In this document: positions 22,457-35,209 of the stretch, piece after piece
Numbering within the stretch: position 1 is the stretch's first letter
Layout: every line of letters begins with the position of its first letter
Assembly (NCBI GenBank): GCA_965178125.1
Contig: OZ237748.1
Span: forward strand, 1,116,001-1,180,000
Direction: 5' to 3'
DNA: 64,000 nt
Origin: Bilabrum cf. latius
Lineage: Eukaryota
Position numbers and translations under genes: made by a program
Notes under the pieces: generated by a model
The model's database searches: none
What the model was told of the DNA's origin: nothing
The model's input: the letters and a program-made list of their open reading frames with translations, nothing else

Positions 22457-22835
22457 TTGACCTGTAAAATTGACAAGTTTTTTGGGGACTTTTCGAAAGG
22501 GACTTAAAATACGTTTTCGTTTTCCTTTTAATTTTAATGGTGGCATCATTGGAATTATAACATTTAATTTTAATTGGAAAATATATTTATTCTTTCTAAG
22601 TCTCTTATAATTGACCTGTCAAATCTCTCAATTTTTGGGGGACTTTTCCAAAGGGACTTAAAATACAATTATAATTTGTTTTCGTTTTCCTTATAATGTA
22701 TCATCTCTTGGGTAATCGGTTTGGTTGCTTCGGAGAACAATTTAGTCGCTTGGGAAATCCTTGGGAAATCCTTGGGAAATCCTTGGGAAATCCTTGGGAA
22801 ATCCTTGGTCGGTTCATCGGTCGGTTCATCGGTTT
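22431..22835. repeat. Viral right-end repeats
   Basis: Direct repeat ~22431-22512 / ~22586-22666 and five tandem copies of TTGGGAAATCC from 22751. Confidence 0.8.
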
Positions 22836-23234
22836 GTCGCTTGGTGTAACTACCTTGTTCTCTTGATAAAATACCTTGTTCTCTTGGGAAAATCCTCGGT
22901 TGGTCTCTTGGTCTCTTGGGAATTCATCCTTTCGTTCCTACAGCAAACACAGAGAGGTTTTTGACACTTGGTTAATTTCTTCATTTTTTCCTACTTTACT
23001 AAAACATCTCTGTCTTTGCTGTTAGAGTTTATAAGGGGGATAAAGATTAGAATTCTTCAATTTACCCCTACTTCGTAGGAGTAAATTTTATATCTGAAAA
23101 TGGGTACATAGAGGGGTTCTATAGGGGTTCTTGGGGAACCCCTTGGGAAATCATCTAGGTTTATAGGGAAAACACTTGAGTTGCTAAATATGCCTTTAAA
23201 GGAGGGGCGAGCGTAGCGTAGCCCTCGTCCTCAA

Positions 23235-23870
23235 CGCTTGGTGTACCTACCACCACCCGTTGTCCCCCCCATCCGCGTGCCGGGTGATACAGATGACCGC
23301 GCAGTCGTCAACGTAGGTACCCATGTCACACAGCTGTTGTGGAGTCACTTCCCGCAGCCGATCCCGGAAGGCCTGATGGAAGCCCCGGCCTAGGGTGCAC
23401 GCAAATGCAGGACTCGAGCGCGAACCCATGGAGGCGGTCACGTCTATCATCGCGACCTGGCCAAACGAACCCCAGACCGCCCCCGCCTCAGTGAGGTCGG
23501 TGGGGAGCAACCGAAAGAACTTGCTCCAGTCCAGCACGAACAACGTGAACTCAGCCGGCTCACCCCGCCGCAGGCACGCCGCCTCCATGGCCCGGAGCTT
23601 GGAACCGAGCACGTCGATGCGGTCCATGACAGCCTCCGCGTACGGCTCCGGGTTGATCTGCCGATTGGGGCCCTGCCGCAGACCCGAGGAGTCAAATGCC
23701 GACATGTCCGTGATGCTCCGGGAACCAGCACCGTGGGCCTTGGGGATCATGATGGTACGACTCGCGCGGCAGCGAGGAGCCACCGCCCCGGGCACCGCGA
23801 TCCGCCACCCGCGGCCAAGGGCCAGACCGCCTTCAAGGAGCTGTTCCCCTGACGCGCTGCCGGAACCACC
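23235..23870 (-). pseudogene. Reverse transcriptase fragment of a second, divergent DIRS/Ngaro-like family
   Basis: IPK..R.ITD.S, VLDWSKFFRLLP, SMGSRSSPAFA and YVDD. Sequence stops shortly after YVDD at the AT-rich element. Confidence 0.8.
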
Positions 23871-24129
23871 ATGGGCCGGGACCGGAGCAGCTTGTGACCT
23901 CTCAACTTCCACATCCGCATGTGGTCGGTGATCCGATCCCCCTGATCCGAGTCACTCGTCACACATGCCCAACCCACACTTGCCCGGCCTGTGCCTCCCC
24001 CTTCCTATCCGCCTCATCAACCCAATGACCCCACCGATCATCTTCTCTTCCACCATTTCCTCCCCCGTTCCGGTGAACCGTGAACCGTCGTCCCCCCCTC
24101 CCTTTGCTCTACCCTCCCCCCCCTAGCTG

Positions 24130-24131
<2 letters not shown>

Positions 24132-24177
<46 letters not shown>
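24132..24177. repeat. (CT)n microsatellite
   Basis: Pure CT run. Confidence 0.95.
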
Positions 24178-24179
<2 letters not shown>

Positions 24180-25079
24180 CACTCCTCCGCATCGCTACGT
24201 CGCATCTGAGCCTGCTCCTCGAGCGGGTCCTGCGCCCACCGAGCGACCTCAATCTCAGAGACCTTGCTGGCCTCACCAACCCACATCCGCATGTGGTCGG
24301 GTAATCCAATCCCATAATCTGAGCCACTCGTCTCACAAACGCCCAAACCCCCACCTGCCAGGCCTGTGCCTCCCCCTTCCAATCCGCCGTATCGACCCGA
24401 TGGCCCCACCACTCATCTTCTCCTCCACTACTTCCTCACCCGCTTTGGTGAACCATCGCCCCCTCCCCATCTGCTCCGCTCTCAACCCCCATACGCTCAC
24501 CCTTCGTCGCCGCCGCTCCTGGTCTGCATCCCTAGCCGCTCTCTCTCTCACACTCCTCCGCATCGCTGCTTTGCATCTGCTCCTGCAACTCGCGCGAGTC
24601 CTGCGACCACCGCTCCACCTCAATCTCAAATACTGTGCTGGCCTCACCAACCAACACGCTGCCATTGGGCGACGGGTTTCCACAGCGTGCTGCCGGCCAG
24701 CCCCAGCCCTCGTGCACAGCCCCTAGGCCAGGACCCATCGCCTGACCCAGACGTGGATCCAGTGGCCCACTCGCCTAGATCGTCGAGCAGCAGCTGCAGC
24801 ACCATTCTCCCGCCCCAACTATGCGAGTCTACATCCGCGTCCCCGACCTGTTCTATGGTACGCGCTACCTATCTATACATCCCCATCCATACCAGATCTG
24901 ATCCAAATCTCAGAACTCCTTCGGATATCACCGCCCTTCTTTCCCACATCCCAGCCCTGTCTGTGCCACTTGTTTCTTCGAATCCACCCACCCTATCCAC
25001 CATGTATTCTTCATCCCTCCTCTTCGACACTTCATATTCATCTCACGCATGTATTGCCTCCAGCGCACAGCCACAGCCC

Positions 25080-26904
25080 TCAACGCCATATGCCCAAGTC
25101 CGCGCCCTGATCCTTCAGCAACGCCTCGCATTCAACGTGCCCACCCCGTACAGCCGCTTCCAAAGCTGTCACACACGTACCAGCATCACCTGAATCACCC
25201 GCCAGCAAATAACCCTTCCGATGATGCCCGCCAGCCAGCTTGCCTAATCGCAGACGCTTGGCCAGTTCCAGAGGCCGGCCCTCGCTCGCTGCTTTAAACA
25301 CCAGCGCTGCATCCCTGTGCGCCTCCATCCCCTACCGCCAGCCCACCACCGCCCATATCCTATCCCGCGGATCTGGAGGTCCTTCCCGTAGTGTCTCACG
25401 ATCCCCTGTGGCCTTGAGGTGGTCGATGATGAGCCGGAGAAGCCGCTGGGGGTTGCCGCGTGCTGATGGCAGCAGTGCTGGCACAAACGATGGTCTGTGT
25501 GGGTAGATAAATAGTTTGAGATCGCCTGGCGGCTCCTGTAGCAAATGCTCGATAGAAGTCCCATCATCCGATACAAAGTCTAATCTAGCACCGGCTTGCA
25601 ACAGATGCATGAGTCCGCTGATGTCTTTGTAGATCTAAGTTAGGACCACCAGAGGGAGGCCAGACTGGGAGGGAACAGGTTAGGTAGAAACAATTGTTGA
25701 GAGGACGATCATCAGCACTGCAATCATGACGCAGCGATACATGTGGTACATACTACTTATGTACCTTGATTCTCACTTTATCTATCCGGTCCGCCGACAT
25801 GCCGTGCTTGAGCAACAGCGGTATCTTGCCGTCAAATGCCCATGGAGCGTATGCTTTGGTCTTCTCAGCCACATGGCAGTCTGGATCTGCCCCTCTGGAC
25901 AGCAAGGTACGCGATATTGCGCCTTTAATTGGCGGTTGACACGATGCAAATTCCAGAAAAGGAGTATCGAAGGGATTGTGCTGTGATAGAGCAGGTAGGG
26001 AAAGAGGCGCAGCGCACGTGCAGCAAAAGCACGTAATCCGTTGTAACTGACAAACACAGCGCATGCCATGCGATGCTCTCACGCTGTTGTCCAGTGGAAC
26101 CCCAGCATCGAGCAGCAATCTGCAAACCTCGGGGGCATCTGTTTTCTTGCCTAGTGAACGACAATTTCGGACTATTCTGTCAGTCTGCGCTCGAGAAAGA
26201 TGTTTCGTTGGCCTCAAATACATAAGACGTATGAAACTTGTTATACACGTCTGAACACACAGCAGGCATGAAACAATACTCCCCTAACTCACCCTCTTGC
26301 ACAGGTTAAGCCCATGACGGATTTGCAGCGCCACGCCCACCGCTCGGCCCATGCTGTACATCACCTGCGGTCTCGTACATGAGCAAATCACTTAGTGGGA
26401 GTTGTTCCATTCTCAACACTCTATTGCACAAACGAATGATCTGCACTCTCACCGGTGGGATCCCCCAGCTGTACAGCAGGCCAAGCACCGATTCAAAGAC
26501 AGAATCTTCGGCACCACGCAGCCAGGCTTCCATGCTCTGTCTCACAGCCTGCATGCAGAAAGAATGCGATTCAAAGCAGGATACCAGCGTGCACAGCTTC
26601 ATAATCAAATGTAAGGATACTATTGCGATTCGGATTCACCTAGTGCGTGAAGTCAACTCCTGCCTCTCGGCAGACTTCCCAGTACGAAAGGGGCAGGTCT
26701 TTGCCACACAAAAACTTAATTGTGAACTGCGGTGATGTAACGGAGACCAATGGACGCTAGAAATTTCAGGACACAGCAGAAAGGTACTGAATGAATGCAA
26801 TGGCAACTCACTGGGGCGTATTGCAGCAGTTCATCAAGTTTGTCTCTGTGATGGCTGACAACCTCATCAAAGCATTTTGCCTTAAGAAGATCCACCAACT
26901 CCAT
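25080..26904 (-). CDS. Multi-exon ankyrin-repeat-like protein, paralog A
   Basis: VCRLLLDAGVPLD, LLSRGADPD, LLQAGARLD, TALEAAVRGGHVEC..LL. GT-AG introns (e.g. GTGAGT donors). In-frame TAG at 25635 and 25332. Exon boundaries not fully resolved. Confidence 0.65.
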
Positions 26905-27411
26905 AAATGGTGGTGTTACGACAAGCAATAAATCACTGGATTAGATTTTGCAAAAATTGTATTGAAGCTGTGAGGGAACGTTCGTCAAACGGAGCCAGAA
27001 TTCCGGAAAGTGTACCCAACTTCAAAATCTCCCCTATTTGGACTAGGCAGATTTTTAGAAAACTAGACCACGGCTGGACTGCCTCATGATCCCACCTCCC
27101 TCTTGGCCCTCCTCAGCGCCTGCACCACCCCCTCAAGGCTCCTCACAGACCATCCTCGCCTCATGATCCCACCTCCCTCTTGGCCCTCCTCAGCGCCTGC
27201 ACCACCCTCTCAAGGCTCCTCACAGACCCGCTTGCCATGCTTCCAGTCATTGAATTCGTCTCGCTGCAGTTCACGATGGTTCTTAGTGTCCTAGCCTCAC
27301 GGTGACTTGGGGCATGGGTCAGTAGCCGGTGCAATCGATAGCTATGCGAGGGGACGATCCGCCGCCGCTGGATCGTCGGGTTAGCATGGATCGTCGGTTG
27401 AGCTGGACACG

Positions 27412-29373
27412 TTGTTCCGCGAGAGGGGTGGGGTTCGATCCCGGTGGGAGAGGGAACAAGCCGAGAAGGATGCACTGCACGGTGGTGCAAGCAGCCCGCA
27501 CCCAGGCCCGGAGGCAGCAACGGAGGCGGGGCGTCTGGCGGGTGCATCGCACGGTGGTGCTGACGGTCGGCAAAGGATTTCGGACGGTTCCGGAGTCTCG
27601 TATGGCGTGACGAGTGCACGCCCCCGCTGGGAGCAGGACGGCCTCACGAGGCAAGAGAGGGAGAAGCAAGCAGAAACAGACCCAGGCGAGAGGAAGGCCA
27701 CCGAGCATCAGAGGCAGGAGCAGGAACAGGAGCAGGAACTGGGGCAGGAACCGGGGCAGGGACAGCCATTGGCTCAATCCCGCTGGTTGCAGCCGCAGCC
27801 GCAAGGTTCTCCGTCCCTGTCCCTGTCCCAGTCCCAGCAGCAGCAGCAGCAACAACAGGAGCAGCAGCAGCAGCAACAACAGGAGCAGCAGCAGCAGCAA
27901 CAACAGCAACAACAGGAGCGGACGCCTGCCAAAGGGGGCGCTAGAGGGTACAGCCCCGCCCCCGTCATGGGGACGCGCCCGTCACACGCTTAGAACTCGC
28001 CGCAATACCGGCAGCAGCAGCAGCAGCATAGCGCGCCCGTTGGTGTGACGAGTGCGGCCCAGATGGTGCTGCCGCGCACCGGAAGCAGCCGGAGCATCGG
28101 GGGCGGCGGTGTGACGAGTGGCAGCCGCATGCCGCAGGGCCCCCGCGTCTACTCGCCCCTCGCCGAGGCTGTGCGGGGGAGCAGCGGTGTGACGAGTGGT
28201 AGCCGCATGCCGCAGGGCCCCCGCGTCTACTCGCCCCTCGCCGAGGCCGTGCGGGGGAGCAGCGGTGTGACGAGTGGTAGCCGCATGCCGCAGGGCCCCC
28301 GCGTCTACTCGCCCCTCGCCGAGGCCGTGCGGGGGAGCAGCGGTGTGACGAGTGGTAATGGGTCGGGCACGGGCAGGTCGAGCGGCGGCGGCAGTCGCTT
28401 TAGCCGTGTGACGAGTGCATCGACCCCTGGGACCAAGCCGTCGCTGGCCGAGGCCGGGCGATCAGCCTCGTCTTCGTCTCTTTCGCGCTCCGGGTCTGGC
28501 CGCGGGCTGGGTGTGACGAGTGGTATCGGACAGGGGCGCAAGCAGCAGCGCAATGTGACGAGTGAAGGGACGGATGTCTCAAAGCAGGCGTCCCAAGGTG
28601 CATCCGCCGGCACCTCACTAGAGATAGCAGCAGCGGCATCATCATCAGCATCAGCATCAGCATCAAGCATGCAGGCTTCCTCGGCCCCTGCCCCTGCCCC
28701 TGGTCCAGCTGCTTCTTCTCCTCCCGCGTGGTCCATCCACCAGTCTAGCTCCACAGGCCTGCTGTACTACCACAATCGTCACACCGGCAAGACCCAGTGG
28801 GACGAACCCGCGGACCTCGACTGCCAGTACGAGGGATGGCAGCTGGCCGTGCTCCGTGTGACGAGTGAGGCGTTCAGGAGGCACGCGATGCCGGCCGCCA
28901 CGGAGCTGCACGCCGCCAGGGAGCGGGTGCAGGCGCAGGAGCGAGAGGCCAAGCGGCTGCAGGAGGCGGCCGAGAGGAGGGCGGGGTACGGTGTGACGAG
29001 TGCTACGGCTGGTGGGGATGTTGCAGGTCGGGCGGGTGCTTCCGCAATAGACGCATCTTCATCTGTGGAAGGTGCATCGCACGGTGGTGTCCCCGGCCGG
29101 TCGGACCGCCTCGTGCTGGAGCACGCGATCCAGGGTGCATCGAACGGCAGCGCACATCACTCGTCACACCACCCCGCTAGATCTAGATCCAGTGGTGAGG
29201 AGGCCCCGTATGACCCCGAGCAGGACGCTAGCTTGTGGAGCGCGCACGAAGACGAGGAGGGGCACCTGTTCTACTACAACGCGAGGACGGACAGGTCGGT
29301 GTGGGAGAGGCCGGCCTGTCTGGGGCCAGTGCCTGCCGGGTATGAGATGGTGGGTGGTGTGGGGGGCAGGTGA
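27412..29373 (+). CDS. Low-complexity protein with two WW domains (start unresolved)
   Basis: WSIHQSSSTGLLYYHNRHTGKTQWDEP and WSAHEDEEGHLFYYNARTDRSVWERP. ORFs 27412 and 28045 are in frame across TAG 27991. Poly-Q tract and internal 78-bp repeat. Ends at TGA. Confidence 0.75.
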
Positions 29374-30694
29374 TATTAGGCCTTGGGGGGAATAGCATCG
29401 TTTCAAGCTGGGATGTACACTTGGAGGCCTTTCCACATCGCAAGTCTTTTATGGCTTGCAAGATATTCTCTGGCACTACCCGTGTGAGCTTTCGTTGTGT
29501 CTCAACACTTCTTCAAACCACCTGTCTCATTTGTTGCAGCGTGCAAGTCGTTCACATCAGTCTATCTCCACGCCTGGCGTGACATGCGACAGACCGGCTG
29601 CTTGTGGTCCAGGCCAGGTTTACCGCCACTTACATACTCTGCATAGCATATCCCTCATATATTATAGACTAAAATCGAATACTACGGGTAGACTTCATGC
29701 AAACGAACTGTTTCGAATGCACTGCGACAGAATTCCACTGAGATACTGCGCAACGGACCTCACCACTCCAGATTTTAGGAATAATATATTCATTAGCACG
29801 TTGTATGCCTGAATGAAAGCTATTTATTCCTAAATGACGTGCAACAATGCATCCAATATCATATGGAGGCCTGGCGAGCGTAAGATTCGATACCATCAAA
29901 TCGGGAAATCGGGCAATGCAACCGTATGCAACCATTTCTATCAGTGGATTGAAAGTATGAAAGTACCAATGAACTCCGTCTGTCGCATGCAATTGATGAT
30001 TTTAGCATATTGTTTCATTTAGGTGCTCCCGATGTGCCAAGGGGTCCCCATCACACGGGAGAACGAGGGAGATCTTTTGCTTGGCAGCCAGGCACGCGCC
30101 GCTGCTGGGAAGGCGGCAAGTTCACGCCTCAGGGGGGTTATATCGGGCGACCAAGAGCAATTCCCTGCTACAAATACTCACAATACTTCATCTAGCTCAG
30201 ATGCTATGGCATTCGAGCAAGTTGCGGCCTGGGGAAGGGCCCGCGAGGGACACAGCGGGTGCGCTTACCTGCATCGCCCCGCAAAAGATACCAGGCCAGC
30301 TTACGCGTTCAACCTGGTGCTTGAAGGATTGTACACGTATGTAGTCGAGATAGGTCCCATGCAGTTCATCAAAGCAGGCTACTTTAGGGATACTCTAGAG
30401 TTTCGAGGCGCTTGGAGGAGCAGTCACAGTCGCCAGCGCTGGGACTTCAAGTGCGACGTGCCGGCCCCGCTCCGACAGTTCGCTTGGAGGACCAGATTAC
30501 CGTGTGAGATTGAAGTATTTCTAGCCATCCTGATATGCACCGCATGTCGCTCCACTAGTATCGTCAATTGAAGAGTCCGACGAGCAACCGGCTGATGGTC
30601 GCTCGTTGTTGCCATGCCTTGCATCGCACCTTAGAAGCCAAGTTTCGATTTCTATATCGCAGCAACTGAGGTTGTACTCGTCGATGCAAATCCA

Positions 30695-32347
30695 GTGTCT
30701 GCAAAAGGCGTGAAAAGGGATATTTTCCCAGTCATTGAGACTGCCAGTACGAGGCAAGGAGTCGATTCGAGCAGCGACGGGGCGGCGGCAGGAGGTGCAA
30801 GCGACGCTGACAGTGTAGGTGGAAGTTCAGTCGATTCGAGCCGCCGAGAAATTGCAGTCGATGGATCGCAGGTGCCGGACCTTCAGTTCACAAGCAGACA
30901 GTGCGCCGCGGAGGGTGACGTGGACCTGATTCGGCAGCTGGTTGCAACCATTTTCTCACGGCGGCACACGGAGATTTGCTCCCTCGCCAACCTGAGCCTA
31001 GAGCAGTACTGCAGCACGCATGGGGGATTTCCAGAAGCCCTCGGAAAACTGCCGAAATCTGACCAGTCCCAGATCTTCGTGCAGCACGTCAAGACTGTGC
31101 AGGTTCTTGTGCGGGCCTCGATCGTGCCAAACTGCGGTGGAAAGGTTGGGCAGCGATGGGACAAGTTCGCCAATTCATTGACTCCAGCGGCAGAGGGCTG
31201 TGGCAGAGCTCCTAAGAAGATGGGTAGGTCTGGACGAGCGAGCAAGTAGGCAGACATACCGCCTCCTGGCGTGAGTAAGTGCCAAAAACTCGGATTGCAA
31301 TACTCGGGACTTGATGAGGACTGGCACCACCAGGAGAAGGAAGGGAAACGCGCCGTAGAACCGGATGGACCTGGTAGCGACGCCGGGGGGTCTGCTGGGG
31401 CGTACAAGACTGGCGGTGATATCGCGGGACCCGCGGAAGGGACAAAATCAAAGCGAAGGGAGGGAAAAGGTGCAGATGAAGAGGCCACCGGAGACGCAGC
31501 AGAACCGGAGAAACAGTCTGAATCAGCGCCAGCACCAGCACCAGCACCAGCATCAGCACCAGCATCAGCACCAGCATCAGCACCAGCACCAGCACCAGCA
31601 CCAGCACCAGCACCAGCACCAGCACCAGCACCAGGAGAAGGGGCAGGAGAAGGGTCAGCCGCAGGACCAGCAGCAGCTAGTGGAGCAGGAACTGGCGAAG
31701 AAGATCCAGATGCACGGACGGATCCGGAGACGTTCCAGTCCTGCCAGCTCCCTCACCCTGACAGAACTCAATTCGGTGTCCCTGGCATCCACGTCAGCAT
31801 GTATGGCCTCGAGAAGGAGATGCACAAGTGGATTAGATTCGCCGGCCTGAAGGCGTTCAAGCACATCTTTAATCTCAAGCCCCCCGACTCGCTGCGTGGA
31901 CTAGACGAGTTCTTCGCAGGGGCGTCGACCGGCAAGAGGCGCAGCAGCGAGGCCGGCGTGATGGCTGCCTGCAAAAAGTTCCACGCCGCAAGCTTTGCGA
32001 ACATGATGTCTCCTATCGATCTGGTAAAGACCGTGAGCGGCAGGAAATTTCGGGAGGTCATTGCAGCCATCCGTGCCGGTAAAGATCACGTCTCAACCAC
32101 AAAGTGGCTACAGCAGGAGGTAATCAATAATTCAGAGGATGATAAGGATCTTGGTATTGGGGCTGATGACAAAGCTGCAGACTAGATCCTTGAAGAGTGC
32201 TCCAATCTGGTGTCTGCATTCGATGTGATTGGCAGAGTGGTGACCCGTCTTCCCATGGCCGGACTGTTCGTGCAGAACGAGAATCGTGAATGGCTGATTG
32301 TGGCAGCGCCTTCCTCGGCAAAGTTTCACAAGTTTATTTTGATTTGA
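30695..32347 (+). CDS. Hypothetical protein with (AP/AS)n linker
   Basis: One frame across TAG 31247 and TAG 32183 to TGA 32345. No recognisable domain; 5' end uncertain. Confidence 0.5.
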
Positions 32348-32360
32348 TGCATGCAGTTGT

Positions 32361-32693
32361 TGATCCTAACGCCGTATGGGGTTCGGTGTTGATGCCAGAG
32401 TGGGAGCGCGTGAACGTCTCGTTGGGTTCCGATGGCGGTTGCGACCGGGAAGGTGCGACCAAGCCAACGGATTGCTTGCGATGACGCGCATACCCTCTCT
32501 GTGTTCAGGAGAGGGGCGGAGATTGGGTACTTTTTGCCCACCCACCCAACCCCCTCCTCCTCGGCGGAGTAGTGCACGTGCTCTTCCCAGCCCCGGTCAG
32601 TCCGGTCAAGGGTCGCGCACAGGCACAGCTTTGTCAGGTCTTGCCATGTCTGATTCATTTATGAGACTAGTTTGCGCGTACCCTCTGGCATCA
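32361..32693 (+). mobile_element. Solo Ngaro A-spacer-B footprint (333 bp)
   Basis: Runs from TGATCCTAAC to GGCATCA, colinear with A2-spacer-B2 of the full copies, with several substitutions. Confidence 0.92.
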
Positions 32694-32717
32694 ATACCTG
32701 TATCTACTTGATAATAG

Positions 32718-32850
32718 ATCAGGGTCATGCGGCGCCATGGTGTCACGCTGTGCGTTGAGACTAGCAATGATATCAAAGATCACTGCATCATTCATGTCAC
32801 ACCGATCAGCTAAATCGGCCAAAGTGACCACAGATTGACCGGCAGCGCGA
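32718..32850 (-). pseudogene. Diverged fragment of Ngaro ORF1 N-terminus
   Basis: GQSVVTLADLADRCDMNDAVIFDIIASLNAQRDTMAPHDPDL aligns with GQPAVTLADLATRYGMNDAVFSDFIARLNVQRDTMAPRDPDL (~16020-16146). Confidence 0.85.
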
Positions 32851-33399
32851 GAGGAGCTCGCCCTGTGCGTTTTGAAGCAGCGCCAGGCGAAATGCGTTCG
32901 CAGGAGACTTTTGGTTACTACTAGGGCAATAAGTACATATACCAGCGTGCATTTGAAATGGCTGATGTTTGCGTTTACCTTCGAGGGTTCAACCTGAGAC
33001 GCACACATCACGATTGCCCTTGGAGCCAGCTGATAGGCCTCTCGAAAAACTTTGCAAGCCGACTCAGAATTACAAAACATCGTAGTACGTGTCTTCTTGA
33101 GCACTGCCGAGATCAGTACCCTTGCGAACCTAGATACGATCAGATCGAATCCGATCGAATACCATAGATACCCGTAATTACCCAGAATATCAGTTCATCA
33201 TCCGATTCGGATATATTCGATTGTGGATTGATCTCGGAATCAGGTGAATAGGAAATTACCCACCATCCTTTCCGGATCAGATCGGATCCCCCAGATCCAG
33301 ATTCCGGAACAGAGAATTTAGTAGATCAGGGCTGGATCCATCAAATCCTAACATCCAGGAAAGCTGAGTAACTCTGGGTGTTCACGATGTGCTACAACC

Positions 33400-35209
33400 T
33401 CAAATATAGTGCATCCCGTGAACACCTAGCAATGCCTCGCATTCAACGTGCCCACCCCGTACAGCCGCTTCCAAAGCTGTCACATACTCACCAGCATCAC
33501 CTGAATCGACCCCCGGTAAACACCCCTTCCGATGATGCCCGCCAGCTAGCTTGCCCAATCGCAGACGCTTGGCCAGTTCCAGAGGCCGGCCCTCGCTCGC
33601 TGCTTTAAACACCAGCGCTGCATCCCTGTGCGCCTCCATCCCCTACCGCCAGCCCACCACCGCCCATATCTTATCGCGCGGATCTGGAGGTCCTTCCCGA
33701 AGTGTCTCGCGATCCCCTGTTGCCTTGAGGTGGTCGATGATGAGCCGGAGAAGCCGCTGGGGGTTGCCACGTGCTGATGGCAGCAGTGCTAGCACAAAGG
33801 ACGGCATGAACTAGTAGCTTAAAACCTTCAGATTGGCAGGCGGCTCCTGCAGCAAATGCTCGATCGAAGTCCCATCATCCGATACAAAGTCTAATCTAGC
33901 ACCGGCTTGCAACAGGTGCATGAGTCCGCTGATGTCTTCGTAGATCTGGGTTAGGACCACCAGAGGGAGGCCAGACTGGGAGGGAACAGGATCGGTGGAT
34001 TCTAGTGATGGCAAGCATAGTACCAGCTTTCCACTCATGGCTAATCGGCACATGAGATACATAATACTCGTGTAATTTGATTCTCACTTTATCTATCCGG
34101 TCCGCCGACATGCCGTGCTTGAGCAACAGCGGTATCTTGCCGTCAAATGCCCATGGAGCATATGCTTTGGTCTTCTCGACCACATGGCAGTCTGGATCTG
34201 CCCCTCTGGAAAGTAAGTTGCGCAATATTGCACCCTTTATTGGGGGTCTACACGATGGGAACTCCAGCAAAGGAGAATCGAACGGGTTGTGCTGCGATGG
34301 AGACGATACATGAGGGCAGGGCACATGCAGTACGACTTGCCCTCACGTTGCAAATGCCAAATACAGCGCATGCCATGCAATGCTCTCACGCTGTTGTCCA
34401 GTGGAACCCCAGCATCGAGCAGCAGTCTGCAAACTTCGGGGGCATCTGTCTTCGTGCCTAAGCAAAGGCAGTTTCGGACAACTGTGTAAGTCTGCGCTTG
34501 AGATATATGATTCGTTCTCCTCACATCCAAAATAAAGGTGAAATATTGGTCTAGTCTAAACACACAGCAGGCATGAAACAATACTCCCCTAACTCACCCT
34601 CTTGCACAGGTTCAGCCCATGACGGATTTGCAGCGCCACGCCCACCGCTCGGCCCATGCTGTACATCTCCTGCGGTCTCGCACATGATTGAGTTACTAGT
34701 TGGGAGTTGTTGCATTGTCAACATTCAATTGCACAAACGAATGATCTGCACTCTCACCGGTGGGATCCCCCAGCTGTACAGCAGGCCAAGCACCGATTCA
34801 AAGACAGAATCTTCGGCATCACTTAGCCAGGCTTCCATGCTCTGTCTCATAGCCTGCTTGCAGGGAGAATACGATTCAAAGCAGGATACCAGCTTGCAGA
34901 GCTACAGAATCAAATGCAAGGATACTCTTGCGATTCGGATTCACCCAGTGCGTGAAGTCAACTCCTGCCTCTCGGCAGATTTCCCAGTACGAAAGGGGCA
35001 GGTCTTTGCCACACAAAAACTTGATCGTTGACTGCAGTGATGTGACGGAGACCAACGGACGCTAGGAACTTCCCGACACAGCAGAAAGGTACTGAATGAA
35101 TGCAATGGCAACTCACTGGAGCGTATTGCAGCAGTTCATCAAGTTTGTCTCTGTGATGGCTGACAACTTTATCAAAGCCTTTGGCCTTGAGAAGATTCAC
35201 CAACTCCAT
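33400..35209 (-). CDS. Ankyrin-repeat-like protein, paralog B
   Basis: Colinear with paralog A; different extreme C-terminus. Confidence 0.6.

Larger units (their letters stand above)
4650..23230. mobile_element. AT-rich endogenous virophage/Polinton-like viral element (partial, interrupted by retroelement insertions; right boundary approximate)
   Basis: Strongly AT-rich, gene-dense and intronless. Encodes rve integrase-chromodomain, YR, GIY-YIG-like nucleases and a primase-helicase. Repeat-rich non-coding ends. No capsid, packaging ATPase or protease visible. Confidence 0.8.

Noticed and set aside
4650-23230. Terminal inverted repeats joining the two non-coding viral ends
   Set aside because: No inverted match found by eye between 4650-6250 and 22380-23230; the true left end is probably outside the window.
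26306-26308. Possible TAA read-through in ankyrin paralog A
   Set aside because: The paralog comparison shows the real frame is CTT/CTG AAC CTG (Leu-Asn-Leu, a synonymous change) before a GTGAGT donor, so the TAA is out of frame.
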